DNA of 64,000 nt, from the NCBI GenBank assembly GCA_964558645.1, contig CAZLEV010000004.1, forward strand, positions 171,442 through 235,441, given 5' to 3'. The DNA is from an uncultured archaeon. Its GTDB lineage: Archaea; Asgardarchaeota; Thorarchaeia; Thorarchaeales; Thorarchaeaceae. The notes under the pieces are model-generated. The model made no database searches. It was not told where the DNA came from and saw only the letters and a program-made list of their open reading frames with translations. The translations under genes and the position numbers were made by a program. This document shows positions 39,075 through 48,651 of the stretch, piece after piece (positions within the stretch are counted from its first letter, which is position 1; each line of letters opens with the position of its first letter).

Positions 39075-39356
39075 CTACTCCTCAATCCTAATTCTCATTC
39101 GGAACTGCTCAACAAGGTCAGCCTCTTCTAAAGCATTTAGAATCTCGTCGTCTTTGGCCCCTGCAGATATCTCCAACATCTGGTCAATCGGTTCTAGATG
39201 CCGAGTATTGCATCTGCGACGGCGAACACCATTGATACGCTTCGGGCCAGTGATAGTTACGTATCTGTCATCCTCTTTTTCAACAACGACGCAGAAGCTA
39301 CCTGCTTCTCGTCCCATAGTCTTAACGCAAATTCTACCTGGTTCAAATAGATTCAT
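39075..39356 (-). CDS. rpl14e: 50S ribosomal protein eL14
   Basis: GRICVKTMGREAG, VRRRRCNTRHLEP. Confidence 0.93.
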   Translation of the reverse strand: MNLFEPGRICVKTMGREAGSFCVVVEKEDDRYVTITGPKRINGVRRRRCNTRHLEPIDQMLEISAGAKDDEILNALEEADLVEQFRMRIRIEE

Positions 39357-39482
39357 AATCTTACACCTCAACCTGTCCCGGTCAACCGAATCATTCTGAG
39401 TCACCTCGAATGTTCATCCCGGGGGACTGGGAGAACAAGCTTCGCACTCGCATTCTCAATAAGAGCCTTACGCTAGATACTG

Positions 39483-40028
39483 TCACTTGGCAAATCTTTC
39501 GTAATAAGTTTCAATTGCACTAATTAGAACACCAACTACGCCATCGAGGTCGTATTTGGCTGTGTTCAGAACAACATCATAGATAGATGGATCTGAGATG
39601 TCAATGCCATAATACTCCTGATAACGCGCTCGTTCGCTGCCCTCACGTGTTATTGTCTCTCGTCTAGCCTCCTCGTACGGAATGTCATCGCGATCAGCAA
39701 TCCGGGCAACCCGAGTTTCAAGAGGTGCTGTGAGCAGAATCTTGAGGTCCGCATTGTCACCCGCCATCCACCCTGCGAGCTGTCCGTCGAGCACAACATC
39801 GCCCTTTTGCGCTTCTCTCCGAAGCGTGTCATCAAGAAGGCGATCGATATCCTCATTCTTCTCAGCATGCCTGCTGAATTCTGCCAGGCTCATATTCCGT
39901 TCAGCAGCCAACTGCCTGAAGATATCTCCTGCTGACACCCGCCTCAGACTGAAGTGATTGGCTAGACGGTCCGCAACTGAGCTCTTACCGGTCCCGTGAA
40001 GGCCCCCAATGGTAATGACGCGGTTCAT
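39483..40028 (-). CDS. cmk: Cytidylate kinase (archaeal)
   Basis: ITIGGLHGTGKS, SAGDIFR, RYQEYYGID; conserved position between eL34 and eL14. Confidence 0.93.
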   Translation of the reverse strand: MNRVITIGGLHGTGKSSVADRLANHFSLRRVSAGDIFRQLAAERNMSLAEFSRHAEKNEDIDRLLDDTLRREAQKGDVVLDGQLAGWMAGDNADLKILLTAPLETRVARIADRDDIPYEEARRETITREGSERARYQEYYGIDISDPSIYDVVLNTAKYDLDGVVGVLISAIETYYERFAK

Positions 40029-40029
40029 C

Positions 40030-40299
40030 CTAAAGATCTCTGGCCGCTCTAATTATGCCCCGGCGCATAGCCGCAGATGTTGCATATCCGCCGTAGGGCC
40101 TATTCGGTCGCTTTGATGACTTGCTCGACTTGTAGCTCAGACTCTTCTTAGCGTTCTTTGGAAGCTGCATGGCTACACCGGAGAGGGCACATGTTCCAGA
40201 AGAACGGTAGAAGTTCCGACGGTGTACTACTGTACGGCCTCCGGGTGTCGTTATCTTTCTGTTGGCTCTACCTTTGGTCAGGAATCCTGGACGGGGCAT
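40030..40299 (-). CDS. rpl34e: 50S ribosomal protein eL34
   Basis: TPGGRTVVH, KRPNRPYGG. Confidence 0.92.
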   Translation of the reverse strand: MPRPGFLTKGRANRKITTPGGRTVVHRRNFYRSSGTCALSGVAMQLPKNAKKSLSYKSSKSSKRPNRPYGGYATSAAMRRGIIRAARDL

Positions 40300-40412
40300 A
40301 TCATATCACCGATTGGAGATTATCGCTTCTAGCGTCCACAGACTGCCTTTACTTTTAAGGAGAACGGTGGAGCTTGCACTACCTGAGATGGAGGCGAAGA
40401 GAAGTTAGAACA

Positions 40413-40437
40413 GAGTGGGGCTGAAGTGCCCCAGCTC
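40413..40437 (-). terminator. Hairpin terminator after DUF106 gene
   Basis: Minus strand GAGCTGGGGC-acttca-GCCCCACTC followed by pyrimidine-rich TGTTCTAACTTCTCTTC. Confidence 0.5.
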
Positions 40438-40443
40438 CGAGTT

Positions 40444-41001
40444 CTATCCTGTAAGAGACACACCCATTACACGCTGGACTATCTGGCCTAGGCCAAGGCC
40501 AACCAGCATGTAGAATGCATAGAAATACAGACCGAATCCACCACCTACTGCCGTTCCGATGTATCCATCCAGGAACGGGAGAAGCTTCTGAACATTGAAG
40601 GGGATGACAGCAACAACTTCAGAACCACCTGTGACGGGGTCAGTGTAGAATCCGCTCAGTAGCGAGAATATTAGCATGAAGGGTATGATGAAGAAAAGAG
40701 AGGGTTTGCACCGTGCTCCAAGCATCTCACGCTGAATTCTATCGATGTATGCTTTTCGCCTCCGCACTTTTCTGAGGAGCTTCTCATTCTGAGTCTCTTC
40801 GGCCTTCTTCGTCATCTCTTGATACTGCTTGATTTCTGTCTGGTATCTCTTCAGACGGCGCATATCAGAGAACCGCTTCATAGCCAAGTTACTGAGACTT
40901 GTCACAAAGAGGGATGTGGCCACGATGAGTATACCCGACATCGGAGGCTCATGAAAGGTCGCATAGAACCAATTGGTCAGAATCACTAGTATGTCTTGCA
41001 T
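40444..41001 (-). CDS. EMC3/TMCO1 (DUF106) Oxa1-superfamily membrane insertase
   Basis: TM helix, coiled coil, then two TM helices; conserved position after adkA. Confidence 0.85.
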   Translation of the reverse strand: MQDILVILTNWFYATFHEPPMSGILIVATSLFVTSLSNLAMKRFSDMRRLKRYQTEIKQYQEMTKKAEETQNEKLLRKVRRRKAYIDRIQREMLGARCKPSLFFIIPFMLIFSLLSGFYTDPVTGGSEVVAVIPFNVQKLLPFLDGYIGTAVGGGFGLYFYAFYMLVGLGLGQIVQRVMGVSLTG

Positions 41002-41009
41002 TAGGTCAC

Positions 41010-41597
41010 CTACTCCATCAGCGTATCGTGGAGCTCAGCAGCTGCCATGTCTACTTGACCTTGACGATTCTTGATTATCCTTACGGTAGCACCAGTCAAT
41101 GTTCCCACAGACACTGCTGCTGCTCGACACATCTCTTGATGCACCTTGATGCTCTCCACTGCCTGCACATCGCGTTCGCGTGTTGGATCATCACTTCTAC
41201 GAGCAGCAATGTTATCGGGGTCGGCCTCGACCAGAACCACAGTCTTAGGCGAAATAGCTCTAGAAACCCACTCAGGTAGTCCAATGAGGAAGCCATTGTT
41301 GGTCTGAATCAGCGTATGTGTGTCAACGATGACTCTGGCCCTCTTGGCCTTCTCGGCAATGCGCTCCCCCGCAGACTTCTGAATCTCTCTTTGTTTCTCA
41401 GAAGGCATCTTCCGCATTTCGTCGCGGTCTTTGACCATATTCTTCGCGGACGCGGCCTCGAACATCTCGGTACCGAAATTCAGCACCAAGACCTCTTCGC
41501 CATATTTCTTCTTGATCATTACAACAGCTTTGTCAATCACAGTAGTCTTACCCACGCCAGGGATTCCCGTTACAATGACCACACTATTGTCGCTCAA
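41010..41597 (-). CDS. adkA: Adenylate kinase (archaeal)
   Basis: GIPGVGKTT, DRDEMRK, VDTH, GLP. Confidence 0.95.
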   Translation of the reverse strand: MSDNSVVIVTGIPGVGKTTVIDKAVVMIKKKYGEEVLVLNFGTEMFEAASAKNMVKDRDEMRKMPSEKQREIQKSAGERIAEKAKRARVIVDTHTLIQTNNGFLIGLPEWVSRAISPKTVVLVEADPDNIAARRSDDPTRERDVQAVESIKVHQEMCRAAAVSVGTLTGATVRIIKNRQGQVDMAAAELHDTLME

Positions 41598-41758
41598 TTC
41601 GTTCTCACCTTGTTCTTAGCGTCTAATCGATGCGACGGTTTGTCATTGATATATATCATTCTGTGGATAATACGTCTATCGTTGGCTGAAAACAGATTGT
41701 GTGCATACACAAGGTCTGTAACCCAATCAGTGCCGGTGAACTGAGTGAGAGAGGGGGC

Positions 41759-41778
41759 GGGGCCCATACATAGGCCCC
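41759..41778 (-). terminator. Hairpin terminator after secY
   Basis: Minus strand GGGGCCTA-tgta-TGGGCCCC followed by GCCCCCTCTCTCACTC. Confidence 0.5.
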
Positions 41779-41782
41779 AAAT

Positions 41783-43282
41783 CTACAGTATTCCTAGTAA
41801 GCCTGATACTCCTTCGCCACCCATCTCTGCAAGCTGTTCTTTTGCTAGCTGCTCGTAGTATTGCTTGATAATTGACACCATGAGCAGGATACCTGTACCA
41901 CTGGCAAGCGCCCCGAGAACATCAGCAAAGGCTGCAAGAACTCCGATTAGAAAACCGCCAAGTCCTGCAACAACTGGGATGTAGCGCTGAAGCAATCGCT
42001 CCAAGACCTTTTCGCTCCTTCTGAATCCAGGAACAATATATCCTGAGCCTAGCAGCTGGCGAGATACATCGCGTGGAGCAATGCCGCTTATCTCAACCCA
42101 GATAGTGCTGAATCCCCAGCATAACAGGATCATGAATCCGGCATAGAATAGCACATGTAGTATACCATCCGGTTGGGTGAATACCATGAGGCCCTGAGGC
42201 GGTGTGATATACCGCGATAGGCCTGCGGTGGCCACCATCTGTGTACTGCCCTCCTGTTGCTCAAAGACCCCGATCCAGCTGAGGAACGGGTTGGTCCCAT
42301 CTTGATTAAAGTTGGTAAAGATGATCTGTGCAAAGAATAGGATGTTTGCAAAGAGAGCCTGTGCAAGGATGACAGGTATATTAGAAGTGTAGAGCAGTTT
42401 GATAGGATACCTAGCCTTCATTCCTCGGTATCGTGCGTACTGTAGCGGTACTTCGACTCTCACACTCTCCATCCACAAAACACCGAAGAGGATTCCAATG
42501 GTGACCAGCAGTGCAAAAATGCTTGGATTATACCCGTCTCTGAAGAACAGCCAAGTGAAATCTACAGGAGGATACACCTCGCTGCCTACACCGAATACTC
42601 GCAGGATGTTGGAGATAAGAGCTGCTATGATACCCTTCGGCAGGCCAGTCCCATCCTCCGGGTAGCCTGTTGGTGCCACAGCTTCTGTGTTGAGAGTGTC
42701 AAGAGAGTTGAAGATTACTTGTCCGGCAACATTGGTCATGATAAACAAGGACACACCGGACCCAAGACCCCATCCCTTCTGGATGAGCTCGTCCATGAGA
42801 ATGACGACGATTCCAGAAACAAAGAGCTGCAGAAACACTATGACCTCTTGAGTGGGTTGGAGCTCACCATATGCTCCTCCCACGAGGTAGGCAAAGGCCT
42901 GAAAGCCAGTCATCAACATTGCAAGTACTTTCTGGCCACCCGTGAATAGGGCTCGGTCTTCAGGGTCGCTATAGTCAACATCGATTATCTTCGAACCTGA
43001 GAGGAGCTGCATTACAAGTCCTGCAGTGACAATTGGTCCTATTCCAAGCTCCATCAGTGTTCCACGTGTACTGGCTAGAATGACTCGCATGGCCCACAGA
43101 TAGTCGGTCCCGACGTCTTTGTTGACTCCATACAGAGGCATATGGCTCATAACAAGGAAGATTATGAGAACAACGATGGTCCATACAGCCTTCTCACGGA
43201 ACGAAACCTCTCTATCTGGCGCCTTTACCTCGGGCATTATACGAACCGCCGGGCTCAGGATTCGAAGAAACGTCGATGGCAT
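41783..43282 (-). CDS. secY: Preprotein translocase SecY/Sec61 alpha
   Basis: GTLMELGIGPIVTAG, GWGLGSGVSLFI, YPIKLLYTSNIPVIL, GTGILL. Confidence 0.98.
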   Translation of the reverse strand: MPSTFLRILSPAVRIMPEVKAPDREVSFREKAVWTIVVLIIFLVMSHMPLYGVNKDVGTDYLWAMRVILASTRGTLMELGIGPIVTAGLVMQLLSGSKIIDVDYSDPEDRALFTGGQKVLAMLMTGFQAFAYLVGGAYGELQPTQEVIVFLQLFVSGIVVILMDELIQKGWGLGSGVSLFIMTNVAGQVIFNSLDTLNTEAVAPTGYPEDGTGLPKGIIAALISNILRVFGVGSEVYPPVDFTWLFFRDGYNPSIFALLVTIGILFGVLWMESVRVEVPLQYARYRGMKARYPIKLLYTSNIPVILAQALFANILFFAQIIFTNFNQDGTNPFLSWIGVFEQQEGSTQMVATAGLSRYITPPQGLMVFTQPDGILHVLFYAGFMILLCWGFSTIWVEISGIAPRDVSRQLLGSGYIVPGFRRSEKVLERLLQRYIPVVAGLGGFLIGVLAAFADVLGALASGTGILLMVSIIKQYYEQLAKEQLAEMGGEGVSGLLGIL

Positions 43283-43634
43283 ACCTCAAAGTCTCCTGCA
43301 GGGTTGCTTTTTGGCTTCGAGTTGATGTATGCCTTTAAAGCTAGTGGTCTATTATAGCGATACAGCGCTAACAAGCAGGTTGCATAGAGAAGACTAGTTC
43401 TATTCACTATGAGGTGGATAATAAAGGACACCGGGGTGACATACATCGATCAAGTGAATCCACGAAGAGAGGAATGTTTCCTGTTGAGCTCATGTTTATT
43501 CTACCATACTGAGCTAGAGAATGGCTTGTTAGTTCTCTTGGATTGTTGTCTTGGAATCTTCAGGCTGCACGAAGCCGCCCGGGACCAATCACCCCAATTC
43601 CAATACTATCTACGATTGATATGAAATCAAGATC

Positions 43635-43665
43635 AAAAGAAATAGAAAGAGGGGCAATGCCCTCT
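43635..43665 (-). terminator. Hairpin plus U-rich terminator after rpl15
   Basis: Minus strand AGAGGGC-att-GCCCCTCT then TTCTATTTCTTTT. Confidence 0.55.
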
Positions 43666-43670
43666 AGTAT

Positions 43671-44132
43671 TCACGTTGACTCTTCTGCTTGTAGGTCAAT
43701 TGTACCGCCAACATCGAGAATCTTCTGCTTTGCTCGTGTACTGAGTTTCTCTGCACCCCTTAGGTCTATCTTCTTGGTGACCTGTCCCGATCCCAAGACT
43801 TTCTCGACACCTAGCTTTGATACATCAATGATGTAACGTTTGCCATTTTTCTCAGCGATGCCTCTCTCGACGTATTTATCGGCCATAGCATCAATCTCAC
43901 CGATATTCAGGACTGTGGTTTCTTCAACGACTCTCTGTGGACGCTTGAAACCCCATTTCCCGAAATAGCGAGGGTCTTCTGTCACTGTCTTGATGTAATG
44001 ATGCTTTTTGGTGCCGGCATTGCCTTTACCACCCCTCTGTCCAGATGCTCTGTGGCCTGCACTGAAACCATAACCTGCAGCTCTGCGGCCGCGCATCTTG
44101 TTAATCTTCTTCGATTTTCTCTTTCGTGTCAT
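43671..44132 (-). CDS. rpl15: 50S ribosomal protein uL15
   Basis: RGGKGNAG, FGKWGF, KVLGSG, A..KI...GG. Confidence 0.96.
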   Translation of the reverse strand: MTRKRKSKKINKMRGRRAAGYGFSAGHRASGQRGGKGNAGTKKHHYIKTVTEDPRYFGKWGFKRPQRVVEETTVLNIGEIDAMADKYVERGIAEKNGKRYIIDVSKLGVEKVLGSGQVTKKIDLRGAEKLSTRAKQKILDVGGTIDLQAEEST

Positions 44133-44150
44133 CCTCAGCTACTCCTTTGA

Positions 44151-44699
44151 TCATGATTTCTTGAGCCGGACTTCTAGAACCCCATTCCGGATGGAGGAGC
44201 TTGCGTCCCCCTTCTTGACATCGACGGGCAACTGAATTTCTTTGTGATACGGTCTCTGAGGGTTATCTGTATGAATTGTCAGTGTCTTACCCCTGACCTT
44301 GACGCTGATCTCGTCGCTCCCGACACCAGGCACTTCAGCGACTACAACAACCTCATCATCCTCCTCTAAGATGTCCACAAGTGGTTCTATTGTGCCCTGC
44401 GGACCGGTTCGCTCGTCCTCAGGAAGAGCGTTTCCAAATCTTTGAATGACTGGTTTTCCATCAGGTCCTATGCGTACTGAGAACCCCATTACAAATGGAT
44501 TAGTAGCGTTAGGTGAACGCATGAACTCCTCAAGCTCTTTCCTGTCGAACATGGGACCTTGTTCCATGTTTCTAACCATACGTTCCATCATCTCCTCCAT
44601 CTGCCTGAACATATCGTCTGAGAAGAAAGAGCCAAACCACTTTCGGAATATCTTCCGAGGGTCGTCACGTTCATCATCATTGGGATCGCGCCAAGTCAT
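44151..44699 (-). CDS. hsp20: Small heat-shock protein Hsp20 (archaeal type)
   Basis: GFSVRIGPDGKPVIQRFGN, EPLVDI, VVAEVPGV, NGVLEVRL alpha-crystallin motifs. Confidence 0.95.
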   Translation of the reverse strand: MTWRDPNDDERDDPRKIFRKWFGSFFSDDMFRQMEEMMERMVRNMEQGPMFDRKELEEFMRSPNATNPFVMGFSVRIGPDGKPVIQRFGNALPEDERTGPQGTIEPLVDILEEDDEVVVVAEVPGVGSDEISVKVRGKTLTIHTDNPQRPYHKEIQLPVDVKKGDASSSIRNGVLEVRLKKS

Positions 44700-44711
44700 T
44701 GTCTTGCACCT

Positions 44712-45197
44712 CTATATCATCTTCATAGCCAATTCACTTATGGCTTCTCCACGATAGCCAGTCGAGCCGCCCACCTCAAAAGATAGGGCAGTCTTGCCGT
44801 CATATCCTCCAGAGGGGGGAGTCAGCCGAAAGATTGGCTTGACACCTTCAACTGCATACAGGTCTGCCTCTCCAGCCGCAATCGCCTTTGCGAAGGCCTT
44901 GATTGATTTGTACTTGGAGTGCTCCTTAATGTATTCGTCAGTAAGTCGACGGTTGCCTGAGAGCCTACCTCGTTTCTCTAGCAGTTTGACAACTGTTTCT
45001 TCGTCAACTTCGCCCCACGTCAGATAGTCCTTTACCTTGGTGATCATTCCGCGGACACTCGGAGTCATTCTCAGTATCCTGGCATGATGTAACTTGCCAA
45101 GCTTGAGTTTATCCAAGGTATACTTGATCTGAGGACGAACTCGCACCTGACCTCTGACCCGGATGGCTAGAACAACTGGACGGTCTTCATCGTTCAT
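44712..45197 (-). CDS. rpl30: 50S ribosomal protein uL30
   Basis: AIRVRG, KVKDYLTWGE, FRLTPPSGG, GYRGEAI. Confidence 0.96.
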   Translation of the reverse strand: MNDEDRPVVLAIRVRGQVRVRPQIKYTLDKLKLGKLHHARILRMTPSVRGMITKVKDYLTWGEVDEETVVKLLEKRGRLSGNRRLTDEYIKEHSKYKSIKAFAKAIAAGEADLYAVEGVKPIFRLTPPSGGYDGKTALSFEVGGSTGYRGEAISELAMKMI

Positions 45198-45865
45198 TGA
45201 TCATACGCTCCTGTAATAGCCCATTCCTGAGGGGGCAACATGTGGTATGTCTTGGTCAAGGCATCAACGAAGGCCTTTGCAAAATTCGAAGAGGATCGCG
45301 ACCGACCCTTTGTTATGGACCATACATCATGTAAGCCGGCAATCCGAAGCACAATCTTCCCGACATCTGCTGTTACAAGCCCTGTGCCTTTGGGGGCGGG
45401 TCTGAGAGTCACCTTCACTGATCCAGAACGACCCACCACCTCGAAGGGAACACTATGTGGTTCATCACATCGGCATTCCCAAGAGCCACATCCTCTACGA
45501 AAGAGGGTGATGTTCATCTTGGCTCGGGTCTCGGCAGCCCGGATTGCGGGCACAAACTCGGGAGCCTTACCCATACCTAGGCCAATAATGCCCTCCCCGT
45601 TACCAACAACAACGGTGATTCTGAAACTCCTCTGTTGGCCACTATCTGATTGTCGTTGAACAAGGGTAACATCCACAGCCTCCTGCCGAAGATCAGGAAA
45701 CAACACATCCACAATCTCAGACTCTCGGATGGTGTAGTTGTTCTCAATTATCTCTTCTATGCTGTTGATATGTCCTTCCTTCACCAGCATCCCCAAATTT
45801 GTCTTGGGTTCCCAGTCTTGGACGGGGTCATGGTCGCTACGGGGTTGTCTACGTTTTCTGCTCAT
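45194..45865 (-). CDS. rps5: 30S ribosomal protein uS5
   Basis: WEPKTNLG, RRGCGSWEC, PAPKGTGL. Confidence 0.97.
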   Translation of the reverse strand: MSRKRRQPRSDHDPVQDWEPKTNLGMLVKEGHINSIEEIIENNYTIRESEIVDVLFPDLRQEAVDVTLVQRQSDSGQQRSFRITVVVGNGEGIIGLGMGKAPEFVPAIRAAETRAKMNITLFRRGCGSWECRCDEPHSVPFEVVGRSGSVKVTLRPAPKGTGLVTADVGKIVLRIAGLHDVWSITKGRSRSSSNFAKAFVDALTKTYHMLPPQEWAITGAYDQ

Positions 45866-45878
45866 CTTGATTCATCCC

Positions 45879-46640
45879 CTATTTCTTGCGTTTCCTGCCC
45901 TTCTTACCCTTGCCACGAGACAATAGCTTCTTTGGCTTGGCTTCTGTGGGCTTAGCTCGCGGAGCCTTTGCCTTCTTCTCCTTTTTGGGTTTCTTCTCTC
46001 CTTTGGGCTTTGAAGGCTTCGTTTCCTTCGGGGTCTTCTTCTTCTTTTTCTTCAGTTCTGATGCGGGAATATTCAGTATCGCATCCCGAACAGCATCAAA
46101 CTTCTTTGGAATGGTTGTTATGTTTGTCTTTCGTGAACCAACATCATTGAAAACTGGATTCTCAGACGCATCAGAGAAGTGCTCAAAAGCTTCGACAATA
46201 TGCTCACCTCGAATCCTTTCTTCTGATGGAAGAACCTCCGGGTCGTGTGCTACGTGAACGTCGGCGTCGAGAACACCATTGAGGGCCGCATATATCTTCG
46301 AGCCACGAATTGGAGGATGAAGTCCAACATCTAGTATGGCTTCATCAATCCCGCGGCTCTTTGCACGTCGTCCAGCTAACAGACCAGTCAGATAGGAGGC
46401 GGGCATATTTGCCGTTCCTGCCACCCAGCCATGATCAGTGAGCTCGCCCGAAACAGCTGTAGCTATGGTTTCGTCCCCGATTGTCTTCGCAACAACAAAC
46501 TGCACAATGGTTGTGTTATTGGTTTTTCGCACCACGAGACGGGGCTTTCTCGACAATAACAACCTGCGGCGACGATAGTAGTTAGTCTTACCCTCTCGCC
46601 GTCTTCTAAACTTGACCCTGTATGTGGGACCGCGTGCCAT
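45879..46640 (-). CDS. rpl18: 50S ribosomal protein uL18 with Lys-rich C-terminal extension
   Basis: MARGPTYRVKFRRRREGKTNY, RLVVRKTN, AILDVGL. Confidence 0.96.
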   Translation of the reverse strand: MARGPTYRVKFRRRREGKTNYYRRRRLLLSRKPRLVVRKTNNTTIVQFVVAKTIGDETIATAVSGELTDHGWVAGTANMPASYLTGLLAGRRAKSRGIDEAILDVGLHPPIRGSKIYAALNGVLDADVHVAHDPEVLPSEERIRGEHIVEAFEHFSDASENPVFNDVGSRKTNITTIPKKFDAVRDAILNIPASELKKKKKKTPKETKPSKPKGEKKPKKEKKAKAPRAKPTEAKPKKLLSRGKGKKGRKRKK

Positions 46641-46645
46641 TATCT

Positions 46646-47092
46646 TCATTCCTCCAGATTTCGCTCTGATATGTACGTCCTCAGGTGAGCGGTGTTTCTG
46701 AAGACATTGCCCTTTGCTTTCATATACAAGTCACGATAGACGCCGGGCGATATTGTTCCTTCATCTCGAAGCCTCTTCAATTCACGTCGGATTGGTCGTA
46801 TCTTCCGCATCCAACGATCCTTACCAGACAGCTTTGATGTTGCATGGCCCTTCTTTCGTCCGGGACCACTTCTTCGGCCTTTTCGGCGCTGTTTCATAGC
46901 GTGTCTTGCTCTGCCGCGGCTCACTCCGCGCTTCTGTTTCTTCTGGATTACCCCTTCGTCAATGAGCCTGCGAATATCATCCTTGGTTATTGCGAGAGAA
47001 ACTTCATCTTGAAAGTCAGAATCAATCCATACTCGCGATAGGCCAACTTTCATCACTTCAGCAGCCAATCGTTTCTGAGCAGTAAGCTTCAT
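46646..47092 (-). CDS. rpl19e: 50S ribosomal protein eL19
   Basis: QKRLAAEVMKVGLSRVWID, GPGRKKG, YRDLYMKAKG. Confidence 0.96.
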   Translation of the reverse strand: MKLTAQKRLAAEVMKVGLSRVWIDSDFQDEVSLAITKDDIRRLIDEGVIQKKQKRGVSRGRARHAMKQRRKGRRSGPGRKKGHATSKLSGKDRWMRKIRPIRRELKRLRDEGTISPGVYRDLYMKAKGNVFRNTAHLRTYISERNLEE

Positions 47093-47093
47093 T

Positions 47094-48062
47094 CTAGTCA
47101 ACCTCCAGTTCATCCATGACATCAAGCTCAGTGAAGAGGTCCTCTTCCAGGAGATCTTCTGGTGCACCCGGATTGAGTACTCTAAGCATCATTGTGTCGG
47201 CTTTCTTAATGATGGCCTGTTTCTTCCGCATCCCGACAGTTCCGCCGATACGCACCGCATGCACATCAGGGTCGAGCCCGTCCAAATCCGCAGGGCGATA
47301 AACCAGTACTTCCTCCAAGTTCGACGGATGCAAGCCTCTGACAGCCTTTGGAGTACGATAACCAGTGCTGACCATTGCTGGTCTGCCTCTCCTCTTCTCA
47401 CGTACCGCACTATCGATGCCTCGTACCTTTCTCCATGAGTCCTTAACACGCTTCCATCTGTGTGAGTGTACATTTCTGAAAGCAGGTTTTCGGCGTTTCT
47501 TCTCACGAGCAAGTCTAACAAGACGGGGGTCAACTCGATGCTCAGATGGTTTCTGTTTGGGCGTTTCCTTGGCCCGCTTTGCCTTTTTGGCAGGCTTCTT
47601 TGGCGCTGGTTTCTCTTTCGCTTCTCTCGCGGGCGGCTTCTCCGCAGCAGGCGCCTTAGACATCTTCTTTGCTGCCTTCACAATCTTCTCGGCTGTGGTC
47701 TCGCCGACTCCATCTACCTTCTCGGCCAGTTCAGAGGGATCAGTCTCTGCAATCTTGCTTAGTAGCTTATAACCAGCCTTGACTAGCTCCTGGCGAGTCT
47801 TGTCACCCACTCCCGGTAGTTTCTCAAGTGACGCATCTTTGACTAGCTCCATGGCCGCATCAATCATCTTTTCGGCTGTGACATCACCTACTCCGTCTAC
47901 TCCCTCAGCCAGTTTAGAGGGATCAGCCTCTGCTATTGCACGGACGGATTTGTAGCCGGCTTTGACGAGCTCTTGGCGAGTCTTGTCACCCACTCCCGGT
48001 AGTTCCTCAAGTGGAATGTCAAGTGAATTCCCTGCCGCTGTTTTCTTCGATTTCTTCGACAT
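47094..48062 (-). CDS. rpl32e: 50S ribosomal protein eL32 fused to two N-terminal helix-hairpin-helix domains
   Basis: C-terminal KPAFRN...WRKVRGIDS...GYRTPKAVRGLHPS; N-terminal duplicated 61-aa LPGVGDKT...GVG..TAEK units. Confidence 0.93.
   Translation of the reverse strand: MSKKSKKTAAGNSLDIPLEELPGVGDKTRQELVKAGYKSVRAIAEADPSKLAEGVDGVGDVTAEKMIDAAMELVKDASLEKLPGVGDKTRQELVKAGYKLLSKIAETDPSELAEKVDGVGETTAEKIVKAAKKMSKAPAAEKPPAREAKEKPAPKKPAKKAKRAKETPKQKPSEHRVDPRLVRLAREKKRRKPAFRNVHSHRWKRVKDSWRKVRGIDSAVREKRRGRPAMVSTGYRTPKAVRGLHPSNLEEVLVYRPADLDGLDPDVHAVRIGGTVGMRKKQAIIKKADTMMLRVLNPGAPEDLLEEDLFTELDVMDELEVD
47670..48011 (-). repeat. Intragenic tandem duplication, 183-nt period, in rpl32e
   Basis: 31-nt exact match TGGCGAGTCTTGTCACCCACTCCCGGTAGTT at 47791..47821 and 47974..48004. 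Confidence 0.9.
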
Positions 48063-48073
48063 TCTGTTGCCTC

Positions 48074-48640
48074 CTAGACAATCGATTTCACATGTTCGCC
48101 TTTGCGTTTCTTGATGACGTATATTCCGTCAAGGAATATTCGACGATCTTTGTCAGGGATGTTACAGGCCAGTTGTATATTGGCTGCAGTCTGAGACACG
48201 TTTTCGATGTCTATCCCATCGATTATCACTTCGTCCTCCTGGGCCTTGACATCCACGTCACCCATAATCCGAGCCTTTCTCGTTCCTCGCTCCCCGATGA
48301 AGTTCTTGATCCATACCTCATCGCCATGAATCTCGACATTGATTGGGAAGTGTGAATATACCACTTTCATCTCGTAGGTATACCCGTGCACTACTCCAAC
48401 AATCATATTTCGTACATGAGCAACCACTGTTCCGACCAGAGCCTTGGTGTGTTTTCTTGCGATGGGGGTTCCTGCAACTAACTCGTTACCTTCCAAGTCA
48501 ATGACAGTCTGTGGTTCAGAAAATCTTCTTTCAAGTGTCCCCTTGGGGCCGCTGACCTTGACGGTCTTCCCATCTACCTCTACTTGAACTTCATCCGGAA
48601 TCTCTATCCGTTGTTCATACAGTGAGTCTGTTTTGGACAT
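48074..48640 (-). CDS. rpl6: 50S ribosomal protein uL6
   Basis: VSGPKGTL, VYSHFPI, NFIGER, KDRRIFLDGIYV. Confidence 0.97.
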   Translation of the reverse strand: MSKTDSLYEQRIEIPDEVQVEVDGKTVKVSGPKGTLERRFSEPQTVIDLEGNELVAGTPIARKHTKALVGTVVAHVRNMIVGVVHGYTYEMKVVYSHFPINVEIHGDEVWIKNFIGERGTRKARIMGDVDVKAQEDEVIIDGIDIENVSQTAANIQLACNIPDKDRRIFLDGIYVIKKRKGEHVKSIV

Positions 48641-48651
48641 CTTGTAACCTC

